Part shown: piece by piece, positions 53,868 through 64,000 of the stretch
Position numbering within the stretch: position 1 is the first letter of the stretch
Layout of the letters: every line of letters starts with the position of its first letter
DNA from: Vicinamibacterales bacterium
GTDB lineage: Bacteria; Acidobacteriota; Vicinamibacteria; Vicinamibacterales; UBA2999
Assembly: GCA_035263125.1 (NCBI GenBank)
Contig: DATFRP010000197.1
Location: forward strand, 17,229 to 81,228
Length of the DNA stretch: 64,000 bases
Direction: 5' to 3'
Program-made: the position numbers and the translations under genes
Notes under the pieces: generated by a model
Databases searched by the model: none
Told to the model about the DNA's origin: nothing
The model's input: the letters and a program-made list of their open reading frames with translations, nothing else

Positions 53868-55664
53868 GTGACGGCCCTTTCGCGAGGCATGCGACGAAGC
53901 ACGATCGTGACGCACGTTGCGATCGGCCTCGCGCTCGCGGTGGGTGCCATGGCGGCCGCCAGTGCACAGGCACCGGCTGGCGCTCCAGCGCCGGCTGGTG
54001 CGCAGGCGCCCGGCGGTGGGCAGGGCGGTCAGTTCCGCGAGCCGCCTGCACCATACAGACCCGCGAAGGACGCCAAGGACCTGCGCTCCGTACTCTTCAA
54101 CTGGACGTGGTATCTGGGCATGCTCCGGGGCGTCGACGAGCACGAGCTGATCGTCTCGCTCGAGTATCAGGGCAAAGGCACCATCCAGGTGAACGGCCAG
54201 CCGTGCACGCTGACCAAGTATCGCGTCAGCACCAACTACCAGCTGCCAGGCCAGCGCATTCAGTACACCTGCACGAGAGGCAACGGACAACCGTACTCGG
54301 CCATCGAGGTACTCAGCGAAGGGTACGCGTGGAACGAGGATATTCCCGGCGCGGAGATCATCTCCGGCAAGGGGAAGGCCACGCCGATGCCAACCGCGGT
54401 GCAGGAGCGGATCATCCGCTTCTGGGCCAGCCCGCAGGGCGCGCCAAAGGCCGCGATCATGGCGGCCGCGGACGTCAACAAGGAGATGGGTCCGAATCCA
54501 GGCACGCTGCTCAAGGACGGTGAGACGACCGTCGGCAAGACGTCGCTCACGTGGGAAGGCAGCAAGCCGGTTGTGACGTTCCCGATTCCCGGTCTTGCTG
54601 ATGCGACGGCCACGGCAACGCTCGATGCGAAGTGGATGGCAGAACGCGTCGTGGTCAAGCAGGGAACGACGACCACCGAGTTCACCTACAGTAACTACGC
54701 CGACTGGAACAACCCGCTGAACAAAGTCGAGGCCTGGTACGCCGGCAAGATGGTCGAGAAGAAGAACGGCGTCGTCACCCGCGACCTGACAACGACCGAG
54801 ACGGAAACCGGCAGCGTGTATGTGGTGATGCCTGTGCCGGCCAGCGTGAAGAAGGCGATGATGCCGACGACGCAGCCAGCCATCAAGGAGCTGCCATTTC
54901 CTGCCGCGGGTACGGAACCAACACCACGAACGGCGGACGGGAAGCCTGACTTGACGGGCAACTGGAATGCCGCCGGTATGAACTGGCGCTACGGCAATCG
55001 CCGCTGCGGTCCGACGCAGGTCGAATGCACCCGCGCGATCAATCAGACGATGGACTTCGAGTTCGAAGCGCCGTCGCGATTCGGGCCCAATCGGCCGCTC
55101 TACAAGCCCGAGCACTGGGACAAGGTGCAGCAGCTCGACATGTGGACCAACAAGGAAGATCCGGTCATGACGTGTCAGCCGCTGGGGATTCCGCGTCACG
55201 GCGCGCCGCGGCGCATCATCCAGACAGCGACCGACGTCGTCATGTTCTACGGCCAGTATGCCGATGGCGGCGGCGGAGCGGGTGAATACCGTATCGTCCC
55301 GACTGACAACCGCAAGCACGATCCGCGGCAAGCCGTCGAGGCCCGGTACTTCGGCTACACAGTCGGTCGCTGGGAGGGCGACACGCTGGTGCTCGACTCG
55401 ATCTCCTTCGTCGATTCAACGTGGCTTGCGCGCGGCGGGTTCTTCCACTCCGCCGACATGCACGTGATCGAGAAGTTCACGCGTCAGGCGAATCAGATCA
55501 AATACGAAGTCACCGTCGAGGATCCGCAAGTCCTCGTGGAGCCGTGGGTGATGACACCGCGCGTGATGCGGCTCAACCCGAATCCCGCGGCGGGACTTCT
55601 GCCTGAGCGCGGCAACTGCGAAGTGTACGAGCTGAAGGACATCAGCTCGCAGATCCGCCATTAA
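53868..55664 (+). CDS. large secreted hypothetical protein
   Basis: 598 aa with a signal peptide (VAIGLALAVGAMAAASAQA) and an Ala/Pro/Gly linker. The C-terminal roughly 240 aa share motifs with the N-domain of 34883..36676 (LTGNWN, GRWEGDTLVL, DPQVLVEPW). The start could also be ATG 53889. Confidence 0.6.
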   Translation: MTALSRGMRRSTIVTHVAIGLALAVGAMAAASAQAPAGAPAPAGAQAPGGGQGGQFREPPAPYRPAKDAKDLRSVLFNWTWYLGMLRGVDEHELIVSLEYQGKGTIQVNGQPCTLTKYRVSTNYQLPGQRIQYTCTRGNGQPYSAIEVLSEGYAWNEDIPGAEIISGKGKATPMPTAVQERIIRFWASPQGAPKAAIMAAADVNKEMGPNPGTLLKDGETTVGKTSLTWEGSKPVVTFPIPGLADATATATLDAKWMAERVVVKQGTTTTEFTYSNYADWNNPLNKVEAWYAGKMVEKKNGVVTRDLTTTETETGSVYVVMPVPASVKKAMMPTTQPAIKELPFPAAGTEPTPRTADGKPDLTGNWNAAGMNWRYGNRRCGPTQVECTRAINQTMDFEFEAPSRFGPNRPLYKPEHWDKVQQLDMWTNKEDPVMTCQPLGIPRHGAPRRIIQTATDVVMFYGQYADGGGGAGEYRIVPTDNRKHDPRQAVEARYFGYTVGRWEGDTLVLDSISFVDSTWLARGGFFHSADMHVIEKFTRQANQIKYEVTVEDPQVLVEPWVMTPRVMRLNPNPAAGLLPERGNCEVYELKDISSQIRH

Positions 55665-55688
55665 TCAGCGCGTCCTGGTTCACAGTCA

Positions 55689-56123
55689 CTATTTCGCGAC
55701 CAGCAAGCCGCCCGGCGGTGGACGTCGTTCGCGTGCCAGCGCGCTCCGCATCGATCGCATCACTTCGTTGTACAACGGCGTCCCCACGCCCGAACCGAGC
55801 CAGTTGAGTGTGGTGAGCTGCGCTGCGTAGGCTTGCGCTTCGTCGCCGCGATTCGTCGCGTGCACCTCTTCGTGGACCAATACGCTCGCCAGCTTGCGCA
55901 ACGCCTCGAAGTCGCCGCAGCGATCCGGTGCGCGCTGCAGTCGCTGAAACGTCAGGGTCGTCGTGAGCACGTAAATCTGCGGGGCAGGGGTGCGCACGAA
56001 CGCTTCGGCGTGGGGCGATACGTCGGCGGGCCGCGAGCTGACGAACGTCACAGGTGGAAACTCGTCGGGCTTGCGTCCAAGCAACTCGAGCGCGCACACG
56101 AGCACCGCTTCGGCACTCCACAT
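55689..56123 (-). CDS. hypothetical protein with HExxH motif
   Basis: This lies within ORF 55689..56186. ATG 56123 is preceded by AGGAGG 6 nt upstream. It contains LVHEEVHAT. I recognise nothing else. Confidence 0.45.
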   Translation of the reverse strand: MWSAEAVLVCALELLGRKPDEFPPVTFVSSRPADVSPHAEAFVRTPAPQIYVLTTTLTFQRLQRAPDRCGDFEALRKLASVLVHEEVHATNRGDEAQAYAAQLTTLNWLGSGVGTPLYNEVMRSMRSALARERRPPPGGLLVAK

Positions 56124-56527
56124 GGCCGACCTCCTGTACGCAAGGCCGGCCTCTCCTCTACTGGATGAAGTCCAGCCCGCACTCACTTGCGGGTTGCGAT
56201 CAGGGGCGTCGGGTCGTTGCAGCGCGCCGGCGTCCCACTCTTCATTCCGGAATCGGTATCCTCACCTCACTGAGGATGTGTGCTCCGTCTTATCCCCTTG
56301 ACGCGTTGTAGTATCGGCGGTTCAAGCGCAACGCTCCATCCCGCGATACGTCTGGGAAGGAAATCGCCCGCTGTCTCTCATAAACGTCAACCAAGGCTCA
56401 ACCGCACAACATGCCACGCTTCTTGCCACGCGACGTCGCTACCATCCAACGACACGCAAACGTTACTTGACCCGTGACTTTCGCGGCCCGCACCATCGGC
56501 GCTACTCTTTCAGTTCTGGAGGGCACG

Positions 56528-57586
56528 ATGTCGCGAATGCTCTGCCCGGCTCTCGTGGTGACGGCTCTCTTCGTCGCCGCGTGCGGCAGCCCGCAGCCAC
56601 AAAGCGGCCAGCAGGCTGAGGCACCCGCTGGGTCAAGCGCCACGCTCATCAACGGCGCCGGTGCGACCTTTCCCAATCCGATCTACTCGAAGTGGTTCTC
56701 CGAGTACGCCGTGCTCCATCCCGGTGTCCGCATCAACTATCAGCCGATCGGATCCGGCGGCGGAATCCGACAGCTGACGAGCCGCACCGTATTCTTCGGT
56801 GCGTCCGATATGCCGATGACCGACGAGCAGCTGAAAGCCGCCCCCGGTGCGATCCTGCATTTTCCGACCGTGCTCGGCGCGGTGGTTCCTGTCTACAACC
56901 TCGAAGGGTCGCCCGACCTGAAGTTCACGGGACAAGTGCTCGCGAACATCTATCTCGGGAAGATCAAGAAGTGGAACGACTCTGCGATCGCGAAGCTGAA
57001 TCCCGGCGTGAAGCTGCCGGCGACCGACATCACGGTGGTGCATCGCTCTGAATCCTCAGGAACAACGTTCATCTTCGTCGACTATCTCGCGAAAGTCCTG
57101 CCGGAGTTTCAGAAGACGGTCGGCGTGAATTCCGCGGTCAATTGGCCCGTCGGGATTGGCGGCAAGGGCAACGAAGGCGTCTCGGGTCTCGTCACTCAGA
57201 CACCCGGCTCGATCGGCTACGTGGAGTTGATCTACGCGCTGCAGAACAGGATCAGTTTCGGCGCCGTGCAGAACGCTGCTGGCGAGTTCGTCAAAGGATC
57301 CCCGGCGTCAGTAACCAAGGCAGCCGAAGGCGCGATGGTGCCGGACGATTTCCGCGTCTCGATTACGAATGCTCCCGGCGCCGGCGCCTATCCGCTCTCG
57401 TCGTTCACATGGATCCTGCTGTACCAGGAACCGGCAGACAAGACGCAGGCAAAGGCGATGAACGAGTTCATGAAGTGGGCGCTCACCGAAGGTCAGAAGT
57501 ACGCGACCGATCTCGGCTATGCGCCGCTGCCGCAGAACCTGGTCATGCGGGAACTGATGGCGCTCGACAAGATCAAGGTGTCCTGA
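56528..57586 (+). CDS. pstS: phosphate ABC transporter substrate-binding lipoprotein PstS
   Basis: This lies within ORF 56474..57586. ATG 56528 is preceded by GGAGGG. The lipobox is LFVAAC. PstS motifs: NGAGATFPNPIYSKWF, IGSGGGIRQ, ASDMPMTDEQL, and GSIGYVELIYA. No pstCAB genes follow. Confidence 0.85.
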   Translation: MSRMLCPALVVTALFVAACGSPQPQSGQQAEAPAGSSATLINGAGATFPNPIYSKWFSEYAVLHPGVRINYQPIGSGGGIRQLTSRTVFFGASDMPMTDEQLKAAPGAILHFPTVLGAVVPVYNLEGSPDLKFTGQVLANIYLGKIKKWNDSAIAKLNPGVKLPATDITVVHRSESSGTTFIFVDYLAKVLPEFQKTVGVNSAVNWPVGIGGKGNEGVSGLVTQTPGSIGYVELIYALQNRISFGAVQNAAGEFVKGSPASVTKAAEGAMVPDDFRVSITNAPGAGAYPLSSFTWILLYQEPADKTQAKAMNEFMKWALTEGQKYATDLGYAPLPQNLVMRELMALDKIKVS

Positions 57587-58048
57587 CCAAGCGGAGCCCG
57601 CGCGCAGTCTGTGACAACTGCCACATTTCATAGCGATGTGAGGTGGGAGCGAGGCAGGGATGCGCCCTCATGACAAGGTTGCCTCAGTGATGTGACGCGC
57701 CGGCCCGTGACGACACGGCTGGCCCGCCGAAATCACGCCAACACTCGCACTACCACGCACACCAAGGTCTGGCACGTCGCCTGCTCTCACTAGACCCGCC
57801 AGATGTTCGCGGCGGAGTTCTGATGACGTGACGCGCGAGCTCAAGCCCGCGCTCTACGAGAGAGGCGTCGGACGACAGACTGCGCTCCACCGATCAGCAC
57901 TATCTGACTGGACTGCTGGCGGCGTTGCTCAGTCCGGTGACTCTTCCGGATTGACGACAGCAGCACATCACTCCCGCTGCAACGGTGTCGAGGTTCGTCT
58001 GTCACCGATCGCAGTAGGCTGGGAGCGACGTCCGGAAGATCGTGAATC

Positions 58049-59227
58049 ATGGAAGAGGACGAGTTGCGTGGCCAGGATTTGCGTCGTCACAGCGGGGGCG
58101 CGATCGCACGACGCAGGTGGATGACAGCGGTCACGATCGCGAGCGCCCTGATTGTGATCATTGCGAGCATCGTGATCCGTCAGCACCGCGATGAACTCGA
58201 CGCGGCCACCACCGTGCCGCGGACACAGGGGGCGGTCAGTCTCATGACCGCAACCGCCCGCACCGGAGATATCGGCGTCTACGTGGACGCCATCGGCACC
58301 GTCACTCCCGTCTACACGAGCACCATCACGAGTCAGGTCACGGGGATGATCACCGCCGTCCACTATCGCGAATCCCAGTACGTGCGCAAAGGCGACCCGC
58401 TGGTCGATATCGATCCCCGGCCGTATCAGGCACAACTCGAGCAGGCAAAGGGCCTACTCGAGCGCGACACCCACATCCTCGAACAATCCCGGATGAACCT
58501 CGAGCGCTATCGAGACGCCTGGGCTCGCGATGCGATTGCGAGACAGCAGCTCGACGATCAGGAAAAGCTGGTCCTGCAGAACGAAGGGACTGTCAGAAAC
58601 GATCAGGGCACGGTCGACTTCAACACCACACAGCTCGCGTACTGCTACATCACGGCACCCTTCGACGGCCGCGTCGGGCTGCGCCTGGTCGATCCCGGCA
58701 ACGTCGTTCAGGCGGGCAGCGCGACGCCGCTCGTCGTGTTGACACAGATGCAGCCGATTACGGTGATCTTCACGGTGTCGGAGGAACACCTCGGAGAGAT
58801 TCATACCGCACAGGACCGCGGTCCGCTCCGGGTCGAGGCGCTCGATCGCGCACAATCGAACACGATCGCAACCGGAATGCTCATCGCCATCGATAACCAG
58901 ATCGACACGACCACCGGCACGGTACGGCTTCGGGCACAGTTCGACAACACGCACAACGACCTCTTCCCCAATCAGTTCGTCAACGCGCGCCTGCTCGTGC
59001 GGACCGTGCACGACGCGGTGTTGATTCCCACCTCCGCCATTCAACACAACGGCACGATGTCGTTCGTGTACGTCATCGCCGGTGATACCGCGCACATGCG
59101 GACCGTCGCGCCCGGCGTCACGGAAGGCGGCGTGACGGCTGTCGAGGGTCTCGAGCCTGGCGTCGTGGTGGCCAACAGCAGCTTCGAACGGCTCAAGGAT
59201 CGCGCACAGGTCGAGGTCACGCGGTGA
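58049..59227 (+). CDS. mdtA: RND efflux periplasmic adaptor subunit (MdtA-like)
   Basis: 392 aa with an N-terminal TM helix ([16 protein letters not shown]). It has a lipoyl/hairpin/beta-barrel pattern ([37 protein letters not shown]). Its stop overlaps the next start. Confidence 0.8.
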   Translation: MEEDELRGQDLRRHSGGAIARRRWMTAVTIASALIVIIASIVIRQHRDELDAATTVPRTQGAVSLMTATARTGDIGVYVDAIGTVTPVYTSTITSQVTGMITAVHYRESQYVRKGDPLVDIDPRPYQAQLEQAKGLLERDTHILEQSRMNLERYRDAWARDAIARQQLDDQEKLVLQNEGTVRNDQGTVDFNTTQLAYCYITAPFDGRVGLRLVDPGNVVQAGSATPLVVLTQMQPITVIFTVSEEHLGEIHTAQDRGPLRVEALDRAQSNTIATGMLIAIDNQIDTTTGTVRLRAQFDNTHNDLFPNQFVNARLLVRTVHDAVLIPTSAIQHNGTMSFVYVIAGDTAHMRTVAPGVTEGGVTAVEGLEPGVVVANSSFERLKDRAQVEVTR

Positions 59228-62200
59228 GCCCCTCACGGGTCTTCATCGAGCGCCCCGTCGCGACATCGTTGCTGATGGCAGCGGTGATGCTCACCGGTGC
59301 CGTCGCGTTCACGCAGTTGCCGGTGTCGGCGTTGCCCCAGGTCGACTATCCGACGATACAGGTGCTCACGTTCTATCCGGGCGCAAGTCCGGACGTCATG
59401 GCCACCACCGTCACCGCGCCGCTCGAACGTCAGTTCGGCCAGATGCCGGGACTGAACCAGATGACGTCGACGAGCGCCGGCGGCACGTCCGTGATCGTGC
59501 TCCAGTTCGCACTCAGTCTGAATCTCGACGTCGCGGAACAGGAGGTCCAGGAGGCGATCAACGCGGCTCAGAATCTTCTGCCGTCCGACCTGCCGACTCC
59601 GCCGGTCTACAGCAAGACGAACCCCGCCGATGCCCCGATTCTGACGTTCGCGATTACCTCTCCCTCACTGCCGCTCTCGCAGGTCCAGGATCTCGTCGAT
59701 ACGCGTCTGGCGCCGAAGCTGTCGCAGTTGAGCGGTGTCGGGCTGGTCAGCATCAGCGGGGGTCAGAAGCCCGCTGTGCGGATTCAAGTCAACCCGGTTG
59801 CGTTGTCGTCGTACGGGATCACGCTCGAAGCCCTTCGCTCCGCGCTCACGCAGACCAGTGTCAACGGCGCGAAAGGGACGCTCGATGGCCCGCGTCAGAC
59901 GTACCAAATCAACGCGAACGATCAGCTCTCCACGAGCGATGAATACCGCACCGTCGTCGTCGCCTACCGCAACGGCTCACCGGTCCTCCTGAAGGATGTC
60001 GCCACCGTCGTCGACGGTGTGGAGAACACGCGACAGGCCGCGTGGATGAATGACGTTCCCGCGATCATCGTCAACATCCAGCGGCAGCCCGGCGCGAACA
60101 CCATCAGCGTGGTCGACAGCATCAAGCGGCTGCTGCCACAGCTCGAGACCACTCTTCCCGCGTCGGTTCACGTCACCACGCTGACGGATCTCACGACCAA
60201 CATCGGGGCATCCGTGCGCGACGTCGAGTTCGAGCTGATGCTGACCATCGCCCTCGTCGTGATGGTCATCTTCCTGTTTCTACGGAGTGTCTCGGCCACG
60301 GTGATCCCGAGCGTCGCCGTGCCGCTGTCGCTCGTCGGCACCTTCGGCGCGATGTATCTGCTCGGCTACAGCCTCGACAACCTCTCGCTGATGGCCTTGA
60401 CGATCTCGACCGGCTTCGTGGTCGACGATGCGATCGTGATGATCGAGAACATCTCGCGATTTCTGGAGCAAGGGGCGAGGCCGATGCAAGCCGCGCTCGA
60501 GGGCGCGCAGCAGATCGGCTTCACGATTCTCTCGCTGACGGTGTCGCTCGTCGCCGTCCTCATCCCACTGCTCTTCATGGGCGACGTGGTCGGCCGGCTG
60601 TTCCGCGAGTTCGCCGTGACGCTCGCCGTCACGATCGTCATCTCGGCCGTCGTGTCGCTGACGCTTACGCCGATGATGTGCTCGCGCATTCTCCGCACGC
60701 GCCCCGAGCACCAGCAGGGACGACTGTTCCGTGCGTCCGAACGCGTCTTCGACCGGACGATTGCGTTCTACGGCAGAACGTTGAAGACCGTCCTCGATCA
60801 CCAGACGCTGACGCTGATCGTCGCGGTCGCGACGCTCGCTGCGACGATTGCCATCTATATCTGGATCCCCAAGGGATTCTTTCCCGTGCAGGACACCGGC
60901 GTCATTCAAGGGATCTCTCAGGCCCCCGAACCGATCTCCTTCGACGCGATGGTCGAGAAGCAGCAGGAACTGGCGAAGGTGATCCTCCAGGATCCGGCCG
61001 TCGAGAGCCTTTCCACCTTCATTGGCGCCGACGGTGTCAACACGACGCTGAACAGCGGCCGCATGTCGATCAACCTGAAAGACCTGTCCGAGCGCGACCT
61101 CAGGGCGCCCGACGTGATTCGCCGGCTGCAATCGAAGCTGGCCGACGTGCCGGGCATCAGGCTCTACATGCAGCCCGTGCAGAACATCACGGTCGACGAT
61201 CGCGTCAGCCGGACGCAATACCAGTACACACTCGAGGATCCGGACGCGGGAGAACTGACGGTCTGGGCACGAAGGGTCGTCGACTCACTGAAGCAGCTGC
61301 CGGGACTCGAAGACGTCGCCACCGACCAACAGACTGGCGGCCGTGCGGTCTCGCTCACGATCGATCGCGTCACCGCGTCGCGTCTCGGCATCGCCCCCGC
61401 CACGATCGACGACACGTTGTACGACGCGTTCGGCCAGCGCCAGATCAACACGATGTACACGCAGCTGAACCAGTACCACGTGGTGCTGGAGGCGCAGGAC
61501 CAGTTCCGGACCGATCCCTCGAGCCTCTCCAATATCTACATTCAGGCCAACGCGTCGACCAACACGGCGGGGACGCCGGCCGCGCCTGCCGCGACGGGAT
61601 CGGCGTCAGCCGGCTCGGGTGCATCGACCGCGTCGACGCTCTACGCGCCGTCTGCCAACGTGCTCGCCGCACAAGCGAGCACCCTTCGTCCTTCGTCAGG
61701 CACAGCGCCGACGTCGCCGTTGACCTCGGCGCCGAGTTCGGCGAGCGGCAACGCCGTCCCGCTGAGCACCTTCACACACATCGAGCGCACGACGGCGCCG
61801 CTCTCGATCACCCGGCAGGGCCAGTTCCCCGCCGTCACGGTCTCGTTCAATCTCGCCCCGTCAACCGCACTTGGCGACGCCATCACGCAAATCGAGCGTG
61901 CGGTCGGCGAGCTCCACTTGCCGCCGACCATGCAGAGTGATTTTCAGGGCACCGCCGCGGCATTCAAGAACTCGCTCACCAACGAAGTGTTCTTGATCCT
62001 GGCCGCGCTGGTCACCGTGTACATCGTGCTGGGCGTCCTCTACGAAAGCTTCATCCACCCGATCACGATCCTCTCCACGCTGCCGTCGGCCGGGGTCGGA
62101 GCGCTGCTCGCGCTGATGCTCTTTGGTGAGGACCTGAACGTGGTCGCCATCATCGGCATCATTCTGCTCATCGGCATCGTGAAGAAGAACGGGATCATGA

Positions 62201-62496
62201 TGGTCGATTTCGCGCTCGAGGCGGAGCGCCGCCGCGGCATGAGCCCGCGTGAGGCGATCTACGAGGCGAGTCTGCTCCGCTTCCGCCCCATCATGATGAC
62301 GACGATGGCGGCGCTGCTGGGCGGTCTTCCGCTCGCGCTCGGCTCCGGATTCGGTTCCGAGCTGCGCCGTCCGCTCGGCATCGCGATCGTCGGCGGACTG
62401 CTCGTGAGTCAGGTGCTCACGCTGTACACCACGCCGGTCATCTACGTGTTCTTCGATCGGCTCGGCCGCCGCGTCGGCCCTCGTCCTGTGACATGA
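59224..62496 (+). CDS. mdtB: RND multidrug efflux permease (MdtB-like)
   Basis: 1090 aa. By eye it is nearly colinear with E. coli MdtB ([60 protein letters not shown]; [15 protein letters not shown]; [20 protein letters not shown]). It carries an extra Ala/Ser/Thr/Pro-rich insert of about 65-70 aa. Confidence 0.88.
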   Translation: MSPSRVFIERPVATSLLMAAVMLTGAVAFTQLPVSALPQVDYPTIQVLTFYPGASPDVMATTVTAPLERQFGQMPGLNQMTSTSAGGTSVIVLQFALSLNLDVAEQEVQEAINAAQNLLPSDLPTPPVYSKTNPADAPILTFAITSPSLPLSQVQDLVDTRLAPKLSQLSGVGLVSISGGQKPAVRIQVNPVALSSYGITLEALRSALTQTSVNGAKGTLDGPRQTYQINANDQLSTSDEYRTVVVAYRNGSPVLLKDVATVVDGVENTRQAAWMNDVPAIIVNIQRQPGANTISVVDSIKRLLPQLETTLPASVHVTTLTDLTTNIGASVRDVEFELMLTIALVVMVIFLFLRSVSATVIPSVAVPLSLVGTFGAMYLLGYSLDNLSLMALTISTGFVVDDAIVMIENISRFLEQGARPMQAALEGAQQIGFTILSLTVSLVAVLIPLLFMGDVVGRLFREFAVTLAVTIVISAVVSLTLTPMMCSRILRTRPEHQQGRLFRASERVFDRTIAFYGRTLKTVLDHQTLTLIVAVATLAATIAIYIWIPKGFFPVQDTGVIQGISQAPEPISFDAMVEKQQELAKVILQDPAVESLSTFIGADGVNTTLNSGRMSINLKDLSERDLRAPDVIRRLQSKLADVPGIRLYMQPVQNITVDDRVSRTQYQYTLEDPDAGELTVWARRVVDSLKQLPGLEDVATDQQTGGRAVSLTIDRVTASRLGIAPATIDDTLYDAFGQRQINTMYTQLNQYHVVLEAQDQFRTDPSSLSNIYIQANASTNTAGTPAAPAATGSASAGSGASTASTLYAPSANVLAAQASTLRPSSGTAPTSPLTSAPSSASGNAVPLSTFTHIERTTAPLSITRQGQFPAVTVSFNLAPSTALGDAITQIERAVGELHLPPTMQSDFQGTAAAFKNSLTNEVFLILAALVTVYIVLGVLYESFIHPITILSTLPSAGVGALLALMLFGEDLNVVAIIGIILLIGIVKKNGIMMVDFALEAERRRGMSPREAIYEASLLRFRPIMMTTMAALLGGLPLALGSGFGSELRRPLGIAIVGGLLVSQVLTLYTTPVIYVFFDRLGRRVGPRPVT

Positions 62497-64000
62497 ATCC
62501 CTCGTCCATCTTCATCCATCGCCCGGTCGCGACGACATTGCTCACCATCGCCATCGCACTGGCGGGTGCGGTGGCGTATACCGGCCTGCCGGTATCGCCG
62601 CTTCCGCAGGTGGACTTCCCGACCATCTCGGTCAATGCCAGCCTGCCCGGCGCGACGCCGGAGATCGTGGCGTCGTCGATCGCCACGCCGCTCGAGCGTC
62701 AGTTCAGCCGCATTGCCGGCGTCTCGGAGATGACGTCGGCGAGCGCCGTCGGCGCGACGACGATCACCCTGCAATTCGATCTCAGTCGGGACATCGAGGG
62801 AGCGGCGCGTGACGTCGAAGCGGCAATCAATGCCGCGCGCACATATCTTCCAGCCAACCTGCCCACCAAGCCGACGTACCGCAAGGTCAATCCCGCCGAC
62901 GCGCCGATCATGATCATCGGCCTCACGTCGGATCAGTACGGTCCGCGGACGCTCTACGACCTTGCGTCTACGGTCATTCAGCAGAGGCTGTCGCAGATTC
63001 GGGGCGTCGGACAGGTGAACGTCGGCGGCGGCGCCCTGCCATCGGTGCGCGTCAACGTCAATCCGACACAGCTCAATAGCTTCGGGCTGACGCTGGGCGA
63101 CATCCGGACCGCCCTGGGGGCTCAGAACTCCGACCGTCCTCGCGGCCAGCTCGCCAACGACACTGTTGCCGCTGACATCCTCGCCAACGGGCAGATCTCG
63201 CGCGCCGAGGAGTACAAACCGCTCATCATCGGCTACCACGCCGGAGCAGCAGTGCGGCTCGACGACGTCGCCGAGGTGACCGACGATGTCGAGAACATTC
63301 GCGCCGCCGGTTATCTCAACGGGCAGCGAGCGGTGCTGCTCATCATCTTCCGCCAACCCGGCGCGAACATCATCGAGACCGTCGATCGCATCCGTACGAC
63401 GCTGCCGTACATCGCCGCCACCATTCCCCGCGGCATCAATTCGACCATCGTGCTCGATCGCACCACGACCATCCGGGCCTCGGTGAGGGAAGTCGAGCGC
63501 TCACTTTCCTTCTCGGTGGTCCTGGTCATCGTGGTGGTGTTCGTGTTTCTGCGAAGGGCACGCGCCACTCTGATTCCGGGCATCGCGGTGCCGGTGTCAC
63601 TCATCGGCACGTTCGCCGCCATGCATCTCTTCGGCTACAGCCTCGACAACCTGTCGCTGATGGCGCTGACGATCTCGACTGGTTTCGTGGTCGACGACGC
63701 GATCGTGGTCATGGAGAACATCACCCGCCATCTGGAGGCCGGGATGGCGCCGCTCGCCGCTGCCCTTCAGGGCGCCAGAGAGATCGGCTTCACCGTGCTC
63801 TCAATCAGCATTTCGCTGATTGCCGTCTTCATCCCGATCCTGCTGATGGGCGGCATCGTCGGCCGACTGTTTCGCGAGTTCGCGGTCACGTTGTCGACCG
63901 CCATCGTGATCTCGATGGTCGTGTCATTGACCACCACGCCCATGATGTGCGCCTATCTTCTACGACACGACGATGGGCATCGTCGCAGCCGAATCTCCAA
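62493..64000 (+). CDS. mdtC: RND multidrug efflux permease (MdtC-like), partial, continues beyond the window
   Basis: This frame is not in the ORF track because there is no stop in the window. ATG 62493 overlaps the mdtB-like stop (ATGA). My translation is [71 protein letters not shown]...[16 protein letters not shown]...[19 protein letters not shown]. Confidence 0.85.
   Translation, partial: MNPSSIFIHRPVATTLLTIAIALAGAVAYTGLPVSPLPQVDFPTISVNASLPGATPEIVASSIATPLERQFSRIAGVSEMTSASAVGATTITLQFDLSRDIEGAARDVEAAINAARTYLPANLPTKPTYRKVNPADAPIMIIGLTSDQYGPRTLYDLASTVIQQRLSQIRGVGQVNVGGGALPSVRVNVNPTQLNSFGLTLGDIRTALGAQNSDRPRGQLANDTVAADILANGQISRAEEYKPLIIGYHAGAAVRLDDVAEVTDDVENIRAAGYLNGQRAVLLIIFRQPGANIIETVDRIRTTLPYIAATIPRGINSTIVLDRTTTIRASVREVERSLSFSVVLVIVVVFVFLRRARATLIPGIAVPVSLIGTFAAMHLFGYSLDNLSLMALTISTGFVVDDAIVVMENITRHLEAGMAPLAAALQGAREIGFTVLSISISLIAVFIPILLMGGIVGRLFREFAVTLSTAIVISMVVSLTTTPMMCAYLLRHDDGHRRSRIS

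Noticed and set aside
53790-55331. 513-aa minus-strand ORF. Comparable ORFs lie at 43653..44618(+), 44823..46004(-), 45095..46039(+), 37288..38139(-), 60280..61218(-), 60678..61940(+) and 62442..63356(-).
   Set aside because: They lie antisense or out of frame to well-supported genes (secreted protein, xoxF, hydrolase, acyl-CoA synthetase, RND pumps) and have a low-complexity Arg-rich composition.
57828-58124. 98-aa ORF in the long region upstream of the RND operon.
   Set aside because: There is no RBS. The composition is unremarkable and Arg/Ser/Gly-rich. It overlaps the adaptor gene start in another frame. There is not enough evidence to call it coding.
1-64000. Search for mobile-element or defence hallmarks: transposase, integrase, phage genes, toxin-antitoxin pairs, restriction-modification genes, cas genes.
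   Set aside because: No ORF showed DDE, tyrosine- or serine-recombinase, nuclease-helicase or similar signatures by eye. The only mobility-related signals are the REP-like hairpins and the 6033..6128 inverted repeat, which are reported separately.

Overview
GC-rich window (about two-thirds G+C by eye, not computed). The gene content points to an Acidobacteriota-type chromosome: ADOP-family duplicated permeases, an acidobacterial-type VWA protein and a DUF1592/DUF1552 pair. No rRNA, tRNA, CRISPR array, transposase, integrase or phage gene was seen.

Layout:
- 0.5-17.7 kb, minus strand: a PadR regulator, then a 30-codon stub of a deleted permease, then six full-length tandem paralogues of an ATPase-less MacB/FtsX-like duplicated permease (ADOP family). 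GTAG-headed REP-like hairpins separate the copies.
- 18-30 kb: dienelactone hydrolase; a plus-strand run of cytochrome c, secreted ankyrin protein, DUF1592 and DUF1552; then pirin, a flavodoxin-like protein, a secreted propeller-like protein and an HTH/GAF-like regulator.
- 30-34.5 kb, minus strand: a sortase cassette (LPKTAS-tailed substrate, VWA protein, sortase, membrane protein, methyltransferase, unknown protein).
- 34.9-38.4 kb: a metallo-beta-lactamase-fold protein with a variant metal motif, and an acyl-CoA synthetase.
- 38.5-41.5 kb: a second, divergent PadR plus ADOP pair.
- 41.6-44.6 kb: xoxF-xoxJ-xoxG-like lanthanide-type PQQ dehydrogenase operon.
- 44.7-57.6 kb: hydrolase, lipoprotein, outer-membrane proteins, an orphan histidine kinase, several unknown secreted proteins and a solitary pstS.
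- 58-64 kb: mdtABC-like RND efflux operon; the last gene runs off the window.

Most interesting observations:
1. The PadR plus permease-array locus may be a sensor or titration system rather than a transporter. This rests on the strongly conserved cytoplasmic prefix domain and on no ABC ATPase being recognisable in the window.
2. The deletion stub lies in frame directly behind the PadR stop codon.
3. A structurally conserved, GTAG-flanked REP/BIME-like hairpin family has about 19 copies, all in gaps between my gene calls.
4. An atypical AT-rich inverted repeat with iterated ACGGAG motifs lies inside the array.
5. A sortase plus LPxTA[ST] substrate cassette occurs in a presumably diderm organism.

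All functional calls come from motif recognition by eye. No searches were run.
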